Assembly: GCA_964474085.1 (NCBI GenBank)
Contig: CAYYRJ010000009.1
Coordinates: forward strand, 13,570 to 77,569
Origin: an uncultured Planctomycetales bacterium
GTDB taxonomy: Bacteria; Omnitrophota; Gorgyraeia; Zapsychrales; JANLHA01
Direction: 5' to 3'
Length of the DNA: 64,000 nucleotides
Shown here: positions 17,775-27,959 of the stretch, piece by piece
Layout of the letters: each line of letters begins with the position of its first letter
How positions within the stretch are numbered: position 1 is the first letter of the stretch
Notes under the pieces: model-generated
What the model saw: only the letters and a program-made list of their open reading frames with translations
Databases searched by the model: none
What the model was told of the DNA's origin: nothing
Translations under genes and position numbers: made by a program

Positions 17775-19280
17775 TTATGTTTTTCCTCGTCGATTTTCTA
17801 ACTGTTTGCGGATATCGTAGGCCTTGTCTTCAGAGATTTCAAAGGTCATAATAACGAAAATCGCAATCAAGGAGGTTACAATCGGAATCCCCACATCACA
17901 GACGCGCATATAAAATAAAGCGTGCGCCGACTGATTGAGCCCTAATTTAACATCAAATCCCGTCGCGTTCATTAAAACGCCGCCTAAAATTGACGCTCCG
18001 GCGATGCCAAGCTTTTGTATCCACCAATAAATCCCGCTAAACATCCCTTCGCGACGCGTACCGGTTTGAAGTTCGTCAAGATCGCACACATCGGCAATCA
18101 TCGAACAAACAATTGTAAAAAGTGATCCCAAATGAAACGCCAAAAATGGCGCGGCAACCAAAAGCAAATACGGATATCTTGGATCATACCCAATCCATTT
18201 TAAAACATATCCAAAAATCGCCAGCGACATCGTAATCAAAAAAGCTTTCTTTTTTCCAAGTTTAGAGGATATCCATGCCGTTAAAGGAATCGCAAGAAAA
18301 GCGGTACAAACCGAACTTAAAGTTCCAAAAGCGCCCAATAAAGCTCCGCCGTTCTGATACATCAAATCCATCGTCGGTTGACCGCCAAAAACATAGAAAA
18401 AAACAACATACGCCGTGAAAGACGAGGCAAGCATAAATCCGTTAAAGATCAAAAACGTCACAATAACCAACTGAACAAACGGCCCGCACTGAAAAGACGT
18501 CACGCAATTGCCCCAAAGATCTTTGATAACACTTGCATAACCCTTTTCTTTAGGCGGTCTGGGCAAATTTCCGTAAATCTCTTTATTAAAAATAGCCGGA
18601 AGCACCCCAAAGGCTGTGATAAATATCCCGACGATAATCGCAATGACACGAACCGCATGCGTAATATCCGCAAAAGGAGAATTAAAATGAACAATCGTCC
18701 AATTCCAGATTTTAAGATCAATGACTTTGGATGTCATGATCAGCGGGATCCAAGGGACTATCATCCACACCGGTTGTGCAAAAAAACTAGCGTAAGCCTG
18801 CAGGCGCGTGCGTTCGTGATAGTCAGGTGTCATTTCATAACCTAAAGCAAGCCACGGAATCGAATAACAGGCAAAAGTCAGAACAAAAAGACACTGAATA
18901 CCTAAAACATACCAAAAATAATAATTTTCACTGCGACCCGGATAAAGCTGAAACATCGCGGCCAACAAAATTCCCGACGTGACTGCCCCAAATAATATCC
19001 AAGGCCGACGTCGTCCATGGCGCGTGCGCGTATTATCCGAACCATACCCGATCAAAGGATCTGAAAAAGCATCGAGAGCACGTGGGATAGCCCCAATAAA
19101 TCCAACCAAAGCAGGATTGACACCCAACCCCAGGTTCAAAACTAGAATCAATTGTCCGGCGGCCGCAGCAGCAAATTGATTGACAAAGGACCCCATGCCA
19201 TAAATGATTTTTTGAAAAAGAGGAACGCGATCCGCAGCGGCTGTCGTATGGTGGGTTGACTGATCTTTCACTTGTGCCAT
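17775..19280 (-). CDS. MFS transporter, glycoside-pentoside-hexuronide (GPH):cation symporter family (MelB-like)
   Basis: 12-TM profile, N-terminal GYGSDNTRTRHGRRRPW motif (the D-x-x-x-R-x-G-R-R-P GPH signature), 501 aa. Confidence 0.8.
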   Translation of the reverse strand: MAQVKDQSTHHTTAAADRVPLFQKIIYGMGSFVNQFAAAAAGQLILVLNLGLGVNPALVGFIGAIPRALDAFSDPLIGYGSDNTRTRHGRRRPWILFGAVTSGILLAAMFQLYPGRSENYYFWYVLGIQCLFVLTFACYSIPWLALGYEMTPDYHERTRLQAYASFFAQPVWMIVPWIPLIMTSKVIDLKIWNWTIVHFNSPFADITHAVRVIAIIVGIFITAFGVLPAIFNKEIYGNLPRPPKEKGYASVIKDLWGNCVTSFQCGPFVQLVIVTFLIFNGFMLASSFTAYVVFFYVFGGQPTMDLMYQNGGALLGAFGTLSSVCTAFLAIPLTAWISSKLGKKKAFLITMSLAIFGYVLKWIGYDPRYPYLLLVAAPFLAFHLGSLFTIVCSMIADVCDLDELQTGTRREGMFSGIYWWIQKLGIAGASILGGVLMNATGFDVKLGLNQSAHALFYMRVCDVGIPIVTSLIAIFVIMTFEISEDKAYDIRKQLENRRGKT

Positions 19281-19457
19281 TAAACTACCTCCAAATTGTT
19301 TATGAATGAAGCTCCAGGGCTTTATGGCCGTGGTCTTTCACGTTTCGAGATTCCGTTTAAGCGAATCCCGCCAGAAGAGCATCCCATCTACGTCTTAACA
19401 GAACGTGGTCTTCTGTTGCGGGATAAAACTCGCCGCCTAATTGTAAAGCAAGGCTGC

Positions 19458-19485
19458 ATTATAACAAAAAAACCACCCTGCACAA
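19458..19485 (-). promoter_or_regulatory. Sigma-70-like promoter for the GPH transporter gene
   Basis: On the minus strand: TTGTGC, a 16-nt spacer, then TATAAT. Followed by a roughly 170-nt leader before the ATG. Confidence 0.35.
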
Positions 19486-19540
19486 GAATTAACGCGGGAA
19501 GACGAATTACAGAAAATTTTAATTTCGACACTTACTGCCA

Positions 19541-19816
19541 TTAGCTTTTTTTCTTATTTGATAGTCGCAAAAGAGTGCTAAGCGCAATCGCACCCCAAAC
19601 GACCTCAAGCGCGAAAGCAGGCCAAGCCTGTTTTACAAAAACACTAAAAGCAACGGCGATCGCGCCACCTAAATTCATCCATTGATAAAGGAGGCTATCG
19701 ACCTTAATTTTCCCAGAGGAAATACCGTAATAGGCAATAACAAAAGTAATCATCCCAGCCCAACCTAAAGCTTCAATAATAAAAGTCATCAAGTGCTCCA
19801 ACAAAATCAGAACCAT
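19541..19816 (-). CDS. Small membrane protein (about 3 TM), unknown function
   Basis: 91 aa, hydrophobic segments. Its start overlaps the upstream 72-aa ORF. Confidence 0.45.
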   Translation of the reverse strand: MVLILLEHLMTFIIEALGWAGMITFVIAYYGISSGKIKVDSLLYQWMNLGGAIAVAFSVFVKQAWPAFALEVVWGAIALSTLLRLSNKKKS

Positions 19817-20034
19817 TATTTTTTAAAATCAAACAAATCCTCTGTGCGATATTGGATATCGCTAAGACAAGAATTAAGGGCAAGCACAATCTTTTGTTGA
19901 ATATTGGAAGTCACAAAACGACCTGCCCGCGCTTTTTGCACCTGCTTAAAGGTCAGCTGCTTTGTCGACGAACGAACAAGATCCTCATTGGTTAATTTGT
20001 GCGCTTTTAAAATTTCATCCAGAAGCTGTGGCAA
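19816..20034 (-). CDS. Small protein with putative helix-turn-helix (TTG start)
   Basis: 72 aa. The segment LTNEDLVRSSTKQLTFKQVQKARAGRFVTSNIQQKIVLAL resembles an XRE-like HTH. Starts 2 nt after the accD stop. Confidence 0.3.
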   Translation of the reverse strand: MPQLLDEILKAHKLTNEDLVRSSTKQLTFKQVQKARAGRFVTSNIQQKIVLALNSCLSDIQYRTEDLFDFKK

Positions 20035-20036
20035 TT

Positions 20037-20903
20037 TTATTTTTCAGCTTTGACAGAGGTAGACGCTTGGGAATAGCTGATCAGCTGGCCGAGAGTGCTT
20101 TTCATCTCTTTGCGCTCGACGATCATGTCGATAAGCCCATGGGCTAAAAGAAATTCGGCGCGCTGAAAACCGCTGGGAAGTTTTTGACGTATGGTCTGTT
20201 CAATAACGCGCGGGCCGGCAAAACCAATCAGCGCCTTGGGCTCTGCCATAATAATATCGCCGACCCCGGCAAAAGAGGCCATAATCCCGCCCATCGTCGG
20301 ATCGGTTAAAACAGAAACGTACAGTAATCCCGCTTGATGGTGTCTGGCCAAGGCTGCGCAGGTTTTGGCCATTTGCATCAAAGAAAACATCCCTTCATAC
20401 ATCCGCGCCCCGCCGCCGGAACCGGAAACAATAATCACAGGAAGCTTTTTTTTAATCGCGTATTCGATCATCCGAGCAATCCGCTCACCGACAACCGAAC
20501 CCATCGAGCCCATGATAAAACGCGAATCCGTAACGGCAATGCCGGTCATTTTTCCGTCGATCTTACCAACACCGGTAATGACAGCATCTTTAAGGCCCGT
20601 GGCTTCTTGATCAGCGGCCAATTTATCTTTATAGGTTTTAAGGCCTTTAAAATCCAGCGGATCTTCCGACGTCAAATCCCCGTCATGCTCTTCGAATGTT
20701 CCTTCATCGATCAAAAGCTCAAGCCGTTGCGGCGCCGTCAATGGAAAATGATACCCGCAGTTAGGGCACACGTTTTTGTTACTTTTTAAACCTTTGACAT
20801 AGGAGGGCGATTCGCATTCTGGGCATTTGGACCAAATTCCTTCGGGAATATTACGTTTGCGCAAACTGACAAGCGTATATTTACTTTTTCCAAAAAGTGA
20901 CAT
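20037..20903 (-). CDS. accD: Acetyl-CoA carboxylase carboxyltransferase subunit beta
   Basis: N-terminal zinc ribbon CPECESPSYVKGLKSNKNVCPNCGYH plus a carboxyltransferase domain. Confidence 0.9.
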   Translation of the reverse strand: MSLFGKSKYTLVSLRKRNIPEGIWSKCPECESPSYVKGLKSNKNVCPNCGYHFPLTAPQRLELLIDEGTFEEHDGDLTSEDPLDFKGLKTYKDKLAADQEATGLKDAVITGVGKIDGKMTGIAVTDSRFIMGSMGSVVGERIARMIEYAIKKKLPVIIVSGSGGGARMYEGMFSLMQMAKTCAALARHHQAGLLYVSVLTDPTMGGIMASFAGVGDIIMAEPKALIGFAGPRVIEQTIRQKLPSGFQRAEFLLAHGLIDMIVERKEMKSTLGQLISYSQASTSVKAEK

Positions 20904-20923
20904 AAAAACTTTTCCTTATGAAA

Positions 20924-22222
20924 TTAAATAATCCGATGCGACGTCAGGCCCGAAAGGACCTTGGGATAAAAATATGTTGTCTTAGGCGGCATTTTTTCTC
21001 CGTTTAAAGCCACCGCCTTAAGTTGCTGGATTTTAACCGGATTCATGATAAAACCGGCCTCTGCCAAGCCCTCATCGACTTTGGTGATCACCTCAATCGC
21101 ATCTTTTGTATACAAAATGTCCTCGGACTTAACGCCCAGCTTGTCAAAAACAAAATATTTGAGAATCGTCGCATCCAGCCGCCGATAATCGCGCGAGCCT
21201 TCGGTAATCGTTTTGTCGATCAAAGCCTTATTTTTGAGCCGCAAAAGCATGTAGCCTTCTTTTGTATAAAGCCCAAACGCATGTTCATTAACGCCAGCTT
21301 TCGTCAGAAGCACCATAAAATCATTTTTGGACTTGATGCGATCCATCCGAAAGAATTCTTCCAAAAACGATAACTCGCCGGGAAGTTTGGTCACAATCCG
21401 ATGCATCGGAAAAATTTTCAAATCTTTCGAATCAATATTCGTAAAATACGTCATCACATAGTTAAACGGCTCATCGCCTGTGGGTTTGGCAATTTGCGTT
21501 AACTTTTGACGGCGGATTTCGCAGGCGACTTCATAGCGATGATGGCCGTCGGCAATAAAAAGCGATTGGCCGCCTAAGGTGGCGACAATTTGGCTGACAA
21601 GCTTTGGATCGTCTAATTTCCAGAACAAATGCTTGACGCCATCATCGTCCGTCACATCAAAAAGCGGTTTGGTCACAGCCAAATGTGTGATAAAAATCTT
21701 TTCAACCTTTCGCTCGCGGTCCGAAAAGCACACAAAAATTGGGCTCAAGTTAGCTCCGACGCTTGTCCAAAGCTTAAACCGGTCTTCTTTGGCGGCGGCG
21801 TGCGTTTTTTCATGCGGAAAAACTTTGGAATCTTTATCATCCGCAATTTTCATCGCCGCAATAAAACCCAACCGACTGTGGCGCTCGCCAGCAATTTTGT
21901 ATTCCTGACGATAATAATAAATGCACGGATTCTCATCCTGCACCAAAACACCGCTTTCTAACCACTGATTTAATATTTCGTGAGCGCGGGTGTACTTATT
22001 TTGGCTGGTATTGTCACCGGGCTTGTCCTTGCCATGCTCCAGACGAATAAAATTATATTCACTGCGGGTATAAAAGCCATCCTGCTGGGTCGCTGAAATA
22101 ACGTCATACGGTGGGCACATCACCTTCGACGGATTGCTGATTTTTTCGGGGTTGTAATGAATCCCTTTAAACGCTTTGATTTCGGTCATATGATAAAAAA
22201 TCTGCTTTGAGCAGATTGGCAT
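20924..22222 (-). CDS. DUF1015-family protein
   Basis: FIADGHHRYE motif and an overall 430-aa architecture characteristic of DUF1015. Confidence 0.7.
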   Translation of the reverse strand: MPICSKQIFYHMTEIKAFKGIHYNPEKISNPSKVMCPPYDVISATQQDGFYTRSEYNFIRLEHGKDKPGDNTSQNKYTRAHEILNQWLESGVLVQDENPCIYYYRQEYKIAGERHSRLGFIAAMKIADDKDSKVFPHEKTHAAAKEDRFKLWTSVGANLSPIFVCFSDRERKVEKIFITHLAVTKPLFDVTDDDGVKHLFWKLDDPKLVSQIVATLGGQSLFIADGHHRYEVACEIRRQKLTQIAKPTGDEPFNYVMTYFTNIDSKDLKIFPMHRIVTKLPGELSFLEEFFRMDRIKSKNDFMVLLTKAGVNEHAFGLYTKEGYMLLRLKNKALIDKTITEGSRDYRRLDATILKYFVFDKLGVKSEDILYTKDAIEVITKVDEGLAEAGFIMNPVKIQQLKAVALNGEKMPPKTTYFYPKVLSGLTSHRII

Positions 22223-22325
22223 CTTTCTTTTTAATTAGTTTTTTACGTTTAACAATGCGCCCATAATAGCAAAAATGAGCCCAAAACGGTACGAAATTCT
22301 TAGGAATCTTTTGTCGCCTGACCTG

Positions 22326-22610
22326 CTACTTTTTACTCTCAGCTTTCGCCGCAGGCGCACTCGCACAGCCGCAACCACCGGAGTGGCAATGCCCGCCGCG
22401 GGTACTTTTAGCCGGAGATGATGACTTATTCTTATAATCGGTTTCGTAAAAGCCGGTTCCTTTAAAAATAATCCCACTGCCTCCGCCGATGTGACGGACC
22501 AAAGACATCTTGGCGCATTTGGGACATTTTTTCAGTTTCTTTTCGGTCATCGACTGCAAAGCATCAAAAACATGCCCGCAGGACTCGCATTCATATTGGT
22601 AGGTTGGCAT
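22326..22610 (-). CDS. FmdB-family zinc-ribbon protein
   Basis: MPTYQYECESCGH...CPKC with a CxxC...CxxC arrangement, and a Gly/Cys-rich C-terminal tail. Confidence 0.7.
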   Translation of the reverse strand: MPTYQYECESCGHVFDALQSMTEKKLKKCPKCAKMSLVRHIGGGSGIIFKGTGFYETDYKNKSSSPAKSTRGGHCHSGGCGCASAPAAKAESKK

Positions 22611-22629
22611 ACTAATCTCCGTTAAAAAA

Positions 22630-22729
22630 TTCTCCTGAACTTGCCGCTTTGGGCATCCCTTTTTCGGCTCAATTGTTTGGCGCCTCTATGGCGCAATTCG
22701 CCTTAAAAGGGCTGCCCAAATCAGCAAGC
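22630..22729. repeat. Family-2 structured repeat, copy b (reverse orientation)
   Basis: Core ggctcaattgtttggcgcctctatggcgcaattcgcctt inside a stem cttgccgctttgggcatccctttt / aaaagggctgcccaaatcagcaag with 3 mismatches. Confidence 0.8.
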
Positions 22730-22742
22730 TTAAATAACAAAT

Positions 22743-23870
22743 TTACTTAAACACATTCTTAAATTTATCCGCCAAAGAATCTGGCGAAACTTTTTCGCCG
22801 GTCAGCTTTGCAAATTCCTCGAGCAATTTGCGCTGCTCGCCCGTCAAATGCTCGGGCACATTGACCATGACCTTCACATATTGCTCACCCTGCCCGCCGC
22901 CGTGCAAATCCGGCATCCCTTTTCCCTTCAAACGAAACGTGCGTCCGCTTTGCGTTCCGGCGGGAATTTTCATCGCGACATTTCCGCTTAAAGTCGGCAC
23001 CGAGAGCTCGCCGCCTAAAGCCGCAACAACAAAACTGACCGGTAATTCAAAATGCAAATCATTACCGTTTCGTTCATAAAGCGAATGCCGACGCACAAGA
23101 ATATAAAGATACAAATCCCCCGGCCCAGCGGCCCCGACTTCCCCTTCGCCTTTGACCCGCAAACGCGTGTCATTGTCTACTCCGGCGGGAATATTCACAT
23201 CAATATTGCGGGTCACTTTCACAACGCCCTGACCGTGGCACTGCGGACAAAACTCGGTAATGATTTTTCCCTCTCCTCGGCAATCGGAACAGGTCTGAGC
23301 CATGCGGAAAAATCCATTAGACATGACCACTTGGCCTTGACCTTTGCAGGTTGTACACGTTTTGGCCTTGCTACCGGGCTTAGCCCCGCTACCGTTACAC
23401 GTCGTACAATGCTCATGACGGGGAACTTTGATTTTTTTCTTCAGTCCGCTGTAAGCCTCTTCGAGGGTGATTTCAACTTCGTATTGGATGTCGCGTCCCC
23501 GACGGGCACGGGTAGAACGGCCGCCGCCGCCACCCATCATACTTTCACCAAAAAGACTGCCTAAAATATCCCCTAGGCCCGACTCGCCAAAAATACTGCT
23601 AAAGTCCGCGCCCTTGAAAATATCTTCAGACGTATAGCGCTGATCAATACCCGAATGCCCGTACTGATCATACATTTGACGTTTTTGCGGGTCAGACAAA
23701 ACCCCGTAAGCTTCGGAAATTTCTTTAAAGCGTTCTTCAGCTTCTTTTTTTTCAGCTTCAGGAACACGATCAGGATGAAATTTCAGCGCCATCGAGCGAT
23801 ACGCTTTTTTAATCTCGGTAGCGTCCGCGCCCTTAGCAACTCCAAGAATTTCGTAGTAGTCTTTTTTCAT
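22743..23870 (-). CDS. dnaJ: Chaperone DnaJ
   Basis: J-domain (YYEILGV...HPDR), G/F region and four CxxCxGxG zinc-finger repeats. Confidence 0.9.
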   Translation of the reverse strand: MKKDYYEILGVAKGADATEIKKAYRSMALKFHPDRVPEAEKKEAEERFKEISEAYGVLSDPQKRQMYDQYGHSGIDQRYTSEDIFKGADFSSIFGESGLGDILGSLFGESMMGGGGGRSTRARRGRDIQYEVEITLEEAYSGLKKKIKVPRHEHCTTCNGSGAKPGSKAKTCTTCKGQGQVVMSNGFFRMAQTCSDCRGEGKIITEFCPQCHGQGVVKVTRNIDVNIPAGVDNDTRLRVKGEGEVGAAGPGDLYLYILVRRHSLYERNGNDLHFELPVSFVVAALGGELSVPTLSGNVAMKIPAGTQSGRTFRLKGKGMPDLHGGGQGEQYVKVMVNVPEHLTGEQRKLLEEFAKLTGEKVSPDSLADKFKNVFK

Positions 23871-25786
23871 TACTTGTCGCTGTCCGCCTTAAAATCCGCG
23901 TCGATGACATCGTCATCTTTACCGGCTGGCTTTTCTGTTGCTTGTTCTTGCTCTGGCGCAGGACCCGCAGCCGATTCTGCCGTCGGACCATGCGAAGCTT
24001 GCTGGCTGGCCGTCGATTTATAAACTTCTTCCGCTAACTTGTGACTCACCTTTTGCAAAGCTTCCATCGCAGACTTGATCTTTGCTTGATCCTTAGCCGT
24101 CACCGCTTCTTTCAAAACAGCTAATTCTTTTTCTATGCTTTCTTTGTCAGAGGCGGAAACTTTGTCGCCGTAATCCTTTAGCGACTTTTCCGTCGAATAA
24201 ACCAAGGTATTGGCGTGATTGATCAGTTCAATTTCTTCGCGCTGTTTTTTGTCGTCTTGCGCAAACTTTTCGGCGTCCTTGATCATTTTGTCAATCTCTT
24301 CTTGCGACAATTTCGTTGGCGCCGTAATTTTGATCGTCTGTTCTTTACCAGTGCCCGTGTCCTTGGCGGTGACGTGAACAATCCCGTTGGTATCGATATC
24401 AAAGGTGACTTCAATCTTAGGGACCCCACGCGGCGCCGGTGGAATACCGACTAAATCAAAACGTCCCAACTCGGTGTTCGCATTGGCCAGTTCGCGCTCG
24501 CCCTGCAAAACACGGATCGTGACCGCCGGCTGATTGTCCGCAGCCGTCGAGTAAACTTGCGATTTCTTTGTTGGAATCGTTGTGTTGCGCTCGATGAGCT
24601 TGTTAAAAAGCCCGCCCTCAACTTCAATCCCTAATGAAAGCGGAGTAACATCTAAAAGCAAAACTTCTTTGGCTTCCCCTTTGATAATCCCCGCCTGGAT
24701 CGCAGCGCCCATAGCAACGCATTCCATCGGGTCAATGCCGCGCTCGATCGCTTGGCCAACTTCTTTTTCGACAAACTTTTGAACAATCGGCATGCGAGTC
24801 GGTCCGCCGACAAGAATAATTTTGTCGACCTTAACTTCACTGCCTAACTTGGTCGTCGCATCTTTCATCGCCTGCAAAATCGGACCCCGGCAGCGATCAA
24901 TCAAAGGCGAAATCAGCTGTTCTAACTTGGCGCGATCCAAAGTCATGGTTAAATGTTTCGGCCCACTGGCATCTGCTGTAATAAAGGGAAGGTTGATTTC
25001 CGTTGAGACAGTACTCGAAAGTTCGACCTTGGCTTTTTCAGCGGCTTCGCGCAACCGTTGAAAGGCCATTTTGTCATTTTTTAGATCAATCCCAGACTCA
25101 GCTTTAAACTGATTGATGATATGGTCAATGAGCGCATTGTCCATGTCCGTTCCGCCTAACTGATTGTCGCCGCTGGTCGACAAAACTTCAAACGTCGCCG
25201 CTTTGTGGTCAGCGTCCCAGCCCATTTCCAAAATCGTAACGTCCAAAGTCCCGCCGCCTAAGTCAAAGACCATGATCTTCTGTTCTTTGCCTGCCTTATC
25301 CAAGCCATACGCTAAACACGCGGCTGTTGGTTCATTGATAATGCGCAGGACTTTAAGCCCCGCAATCTCCCCGGCATCCTTGGTCGCCTGACGCTGATTG
25401 TCATTAAAATACGCCGGAACGGTAATAACCGCCTCATCGACCGTGTCGCCCAAATATTTTTCGGCGTCTGCTTTGATCTTTTGCAAAATAAACGAACTGA
25501 CCTGTTGAGGGCTGTAATCTTTGCCCAAAACAGTAAATTTATGATTCGTTCCCATTTTGCGCTTGGCCGCGTAAATCGTGCCTTGCGAATTAATCGGCGC
25601 CTGACGACGTGCCGGTTCACCAACTAAACGCTGACCATCTTTAGTAAACGCCACAAAAGACGGAAACGCCTTGCCTGACGCGACCCCCGCGCCTTCTGCC
25701 GACGGAATAATAACCGGTCGGCCGCCTTCTAACACCGCCGCGGCGGAATTAGAAGTCCCTAAATCAATCCCTATTGCTTTTGCCAT
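23870..25786 (-). CDS. dnaK: Chaperone DnaK (Hsp70)
   Basis: [23 protein letters not shown] and other canonical Hsp70 motifs. 638 aa. Confidence 0.95.
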   Translation of the reverse strand: MAKAIGIDLGTSNSAAAVLEGGRPVIIPSAEGAGVASGKAFPSFVAFTKDGQRLVGEPARRQAPINSQGTIYAAKRKMGTNHKFTVLGKDYSPQQVSSFILQKIKADAEKYLGDTVDEAVITVPAYFNDNQRQATKDAGEIAGLKVLRIINEPTAACLAYGLDKAGKEQKIMVFDLGGGTLDVTILEMGWDADHKAATFEVLSTSGDNQLGGTDMDNALIDHIINQFKAESGIDLKNDKMAFQRLREAAEKAKVELSSTVSTEINLPFITADASGPKHLTMTLDRAKLEQLISPLIDRCRGPILQAMKDATTKLGSEVKVDKIILVGGPTRMPIVQKFVEKEVGQAIERGIDPMECVAMGAAIQAGIIKGEAKEVLLLDVTPLSLGIEVEGGLFNKLIERNTTIPTKKSQVYSTAADNQPAVTIRVLQGERELANANTELGRFDLVGIPPAPRGVPKIEVTFDIDTNGIVHVTAKDTGTGKEQTIKITAPTKLSQEEIDKMIKDAEKFAQDDKKQREEIELINHANTLVYSTEKSLKDYGDKVSASDKESIEKELAVLKEAVTAKDQAKIKSAMEALQKVSHKLAEEVYKSTASQQASHGPTAESAAGPAPEQEQATEKPAGKDDDVIDADFKADSDK

Positions 25787-25877
25787 TTTTGTATCCTCCT
25801 AATTATTTTGGGGTTAGTGGCTCGTGGTTAGTGACTAAAAAATAAAAACTCGCACTAACGACTAATCACTAACATTT

Positions 25878-26423
25878 TTAATTTTCTTTTTTAATGGCGA
25901 CTTTCACCTTTGACGTGCGGACAATGCGCTCGCCTAACAAATACCCTTTTTGTAATTCTTCGATAACTGTGCCTTCTTCTTGTTCCGACGGCTCCTGCAT
26001 CAAAATCTCGTGGCTGTGCGGATCAAACGGTTTACCCAGCGCGTCAATCGGCTTAACATTGTTTTTACGCAAAAGCTCATGAATCCGCGCCATGACCATT
26101 TCAACACCTTTTAAAAAAGCCTGATAATCCTGATGATTCGCATTGGCCGCAATGACAACACGATCCAAATCGTCCATGATCGTCAAAAAATCAGCGATCA
26201 AACTTTCATTGGCGTATTTAACAAATTCGCTGCGCTCGCGGTCTGCGCGCTTGCGGGCATTGTCAAACTCAGCAACCAAGCGCACATATTTTTCCTTCGA
26301 CTCCGCAAGTTCTTTGAGGAGCTTTTCATGTTCCAAAAGGCTTAACGTAACCGTCTGCGCTGTTTCTTGCGGTAAGACCGTTTCGTTGTCACTATTTGCG
26401 TGTTCATCGTTGATTTGCGTCAT
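25878..26423 (-). CDS. grpE: Nucleotide exchange factor GrpE
   Basis: Coiled-coil N-terminus plus a C-terminal GrpE beta-domain. Positioned between hrcA and dnaK. Confidence 0.85.
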   Translation of the reverse strand: MTQINDEHANSDNETVLPQETAQTVTLSLLEHEKLLKELAESKEKYVRLVAEFDNARKRADRERSEFVKYANESLIADFLTIMDDLDRVVIAANANHQDYQAFLKGVEMVMARIHELLRKNNVKPIDALGKPFDPHSHEILMQEPSEQEEGTVIEELQKGYLLGERIVRTSKVKVAIKKEN

Positions 26424-26434
26424 TTTTAAATCCT

Positions 26435-27166
26435 TTAAACAATTTCTTCCATCAGTTTTGTTAAATAATTAAGCGTCGAAACAACCCTCGAATAATCCAT
26501 GCGGGTCGGGCCCAAAACCGCAATGCGCCCACTCGGCCCGCTGTGCATCTTATAAGAGGAAACAGCCAATGAACATTGCTCAATATCCGAGCACGAAAGC
26601 TCATGGCCGATATAAATCTTAATCCGCTGCTCTAGGTTACGGTTAATGACCTGTAGCAAATTTTCCTTTTCTTCAAGCGCGGCAAGAATACAGCCGATTT
26701 TTTTGACATCCTGATAATCCGGATATTCCACGACATAACTGGTGCCGCGGCAAAAAAACTTTCCACTCCAGCCGTCAACGGAAATAATACTCGTATAATG
26801 CGTCAAATCCGAAATGACCTGCGAAGTCTTTTCAAGAGCCGCTTCCAAGTCACGCATTTTTTGCTCATATTCGCGCTTGATCCGGAATTTTTCTTCTTCC
26901 AAAAGCTGGATTTCGTTCATCAGGTTGTCGACGTAATAACGATACCCTTCCTCGGTCGGTAAACGGCCGGCGGATGTGTGCGGGTGCGTCAACAGTCCGT
27001 CCTCTTCTAATTCAGCCAAAATATTTCGAATTGTCGCCGGCGAAAGATCCAAATCATGAACATCGACAATATAACTAGAACTGACCGGAGTAATTGTCTT
27101 GATGTAAGAATTGACAACGATCCCCAGGATTCTGTCTTTTCGTTCTTTGTAAATGGCTTCTTTCAT
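26435..27166 (-). CDS. hrcA: Heat-inducible transcription repressor HrcA
   Basis: Start reset to ATG at 27164-27166, which has an AGGAG RBS (MKEAIYKERKDRIL...). It has the winged-helix N-terminus typical of HrcA. The CIRCE operator lies immediately upstream. Confidence 0.85.
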   Translation of the reverse strand: MKEAIYKERKDRILGIVVNSYIKTITPVSSSYIVDVHDLDLSPATIRNILAELEEDGLLTHPHTSAGRLPTEEGYRYYVDNLMNEIQLLEEEKFRIKREYEQKMRDLEAALEKTSQVISDLTHYTSIISVDGWSGKFFCRGTSYVVEYPDYQDVKKIGCILAALEEKENLLQVINRNLEQRIKIYIGHELSCSDIEQCSLAVSSYKMHSGPSGRIAVLGPTRMDYSRVVSTLNYLTKLMEEIV

Positions 27167-27191
27167 AATGGTTTCGCCTCTCCTTACTGAA

Positions 27192-27218
27192 TTAGCACTC
27201 ATTCCCAACGATTGCTAA
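27192..27218 (-). promoter_or_regulatory. CIRCE operator (HrcA binding site)
   Basis: The minus strand reads TTAGCAATC-GTTGGGAAT-GAGTGCTAA, which is the TTAGCACTC-N9-GAGTGCTAA consensus with one mismatch. Sits 25 nt upstream of the hrcA ATG. Confidence 0.85.
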
Positions 27219-27266
27219 TTTGTGGGACATTATAAACAAGGCCCGGAATCTTGTCAACTTATTGTT

Positions 27267-27959
27267 CTATTGGGATTTTTTACTATCACGCTCAAGCGCC
27301 GAAACGATCACAATGAGCTCTTGAAGATACGACTCGGCGGCGGTGACATTATGTTCCAGTTCCAAAAGCGGCAGCTTTGAATAACCCTGCGAATGAAATT
27401 CTAGTCCTACAACACCTTCATTAATTTGTAAGGACAAAAGCGGATGGCCGCGAACATCGCGACTCTTATATTTTCTAAACATTTTTAAAATTTTAGGATC
27501 ATCAAAAAAACGGTTGGCCCAATCCGGATTATTCGTATAAGCATGAAACTCGGACAACTCCTTGGGCAATCGCACCTGTCCTTGCAAGGTCCCCCAGCGT
27601 GAATTACTCACATCTTCAAGCGATTGAATATTAGAACGAATCTGGGTGCGGACCCGCTCAGAAAAAGTCAGCGTTAATTTTTGATTCGATTTGACCTTCA
27701 GGTACCCTAAATGCGTCGTCGTCTCTGCCCGTAAACCGGCAAGTTCAATATCTTCATAAACGCAATCGTAGCCGCGATATTTAAAATGGATCCGAAAAGA
27801 ATTGTCATTCTCTAAAATAGGCACAAGCTGCCCTTCAAAAAAATGCGCCATGGATTTTAAATACTCGCTTCGCGCAACTTTTGTCGTCGGGACATGATTG
27901 ACTAAATAAACGATAATTCCGACAAAAAGTAAAAACGTAATAATAACAAGCGGCATCAT
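27267..27959 (-). CDS. Hypothetical membrane-anchored protein
   Basis: Single N-terminal TM and no recognisable motifs. Located between clpB and the CIRCE-hrcA junction. Confidence 0.45.
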   Translation of the reverse strand: MMPLVIITFLLFVGIIVYLVNHVPTTKVARSEYLKSMAHFFEGQLVPILENDNSFRIHFKYRGYDCVYEDIELAGLRAETTTHLGYLKVKSNQKLTLTFSERVRTQIRSNIQSLEDVSNSRWGTLQGQVRLPKELSEFHAYTNNPDWANRFFDDPKILKMFRKYKSRDVRGHPLLSLQINEGVVGLEFHSQGYSKLPLLELEHNVTAAESYLQELIVIVSALERDSKKSQ

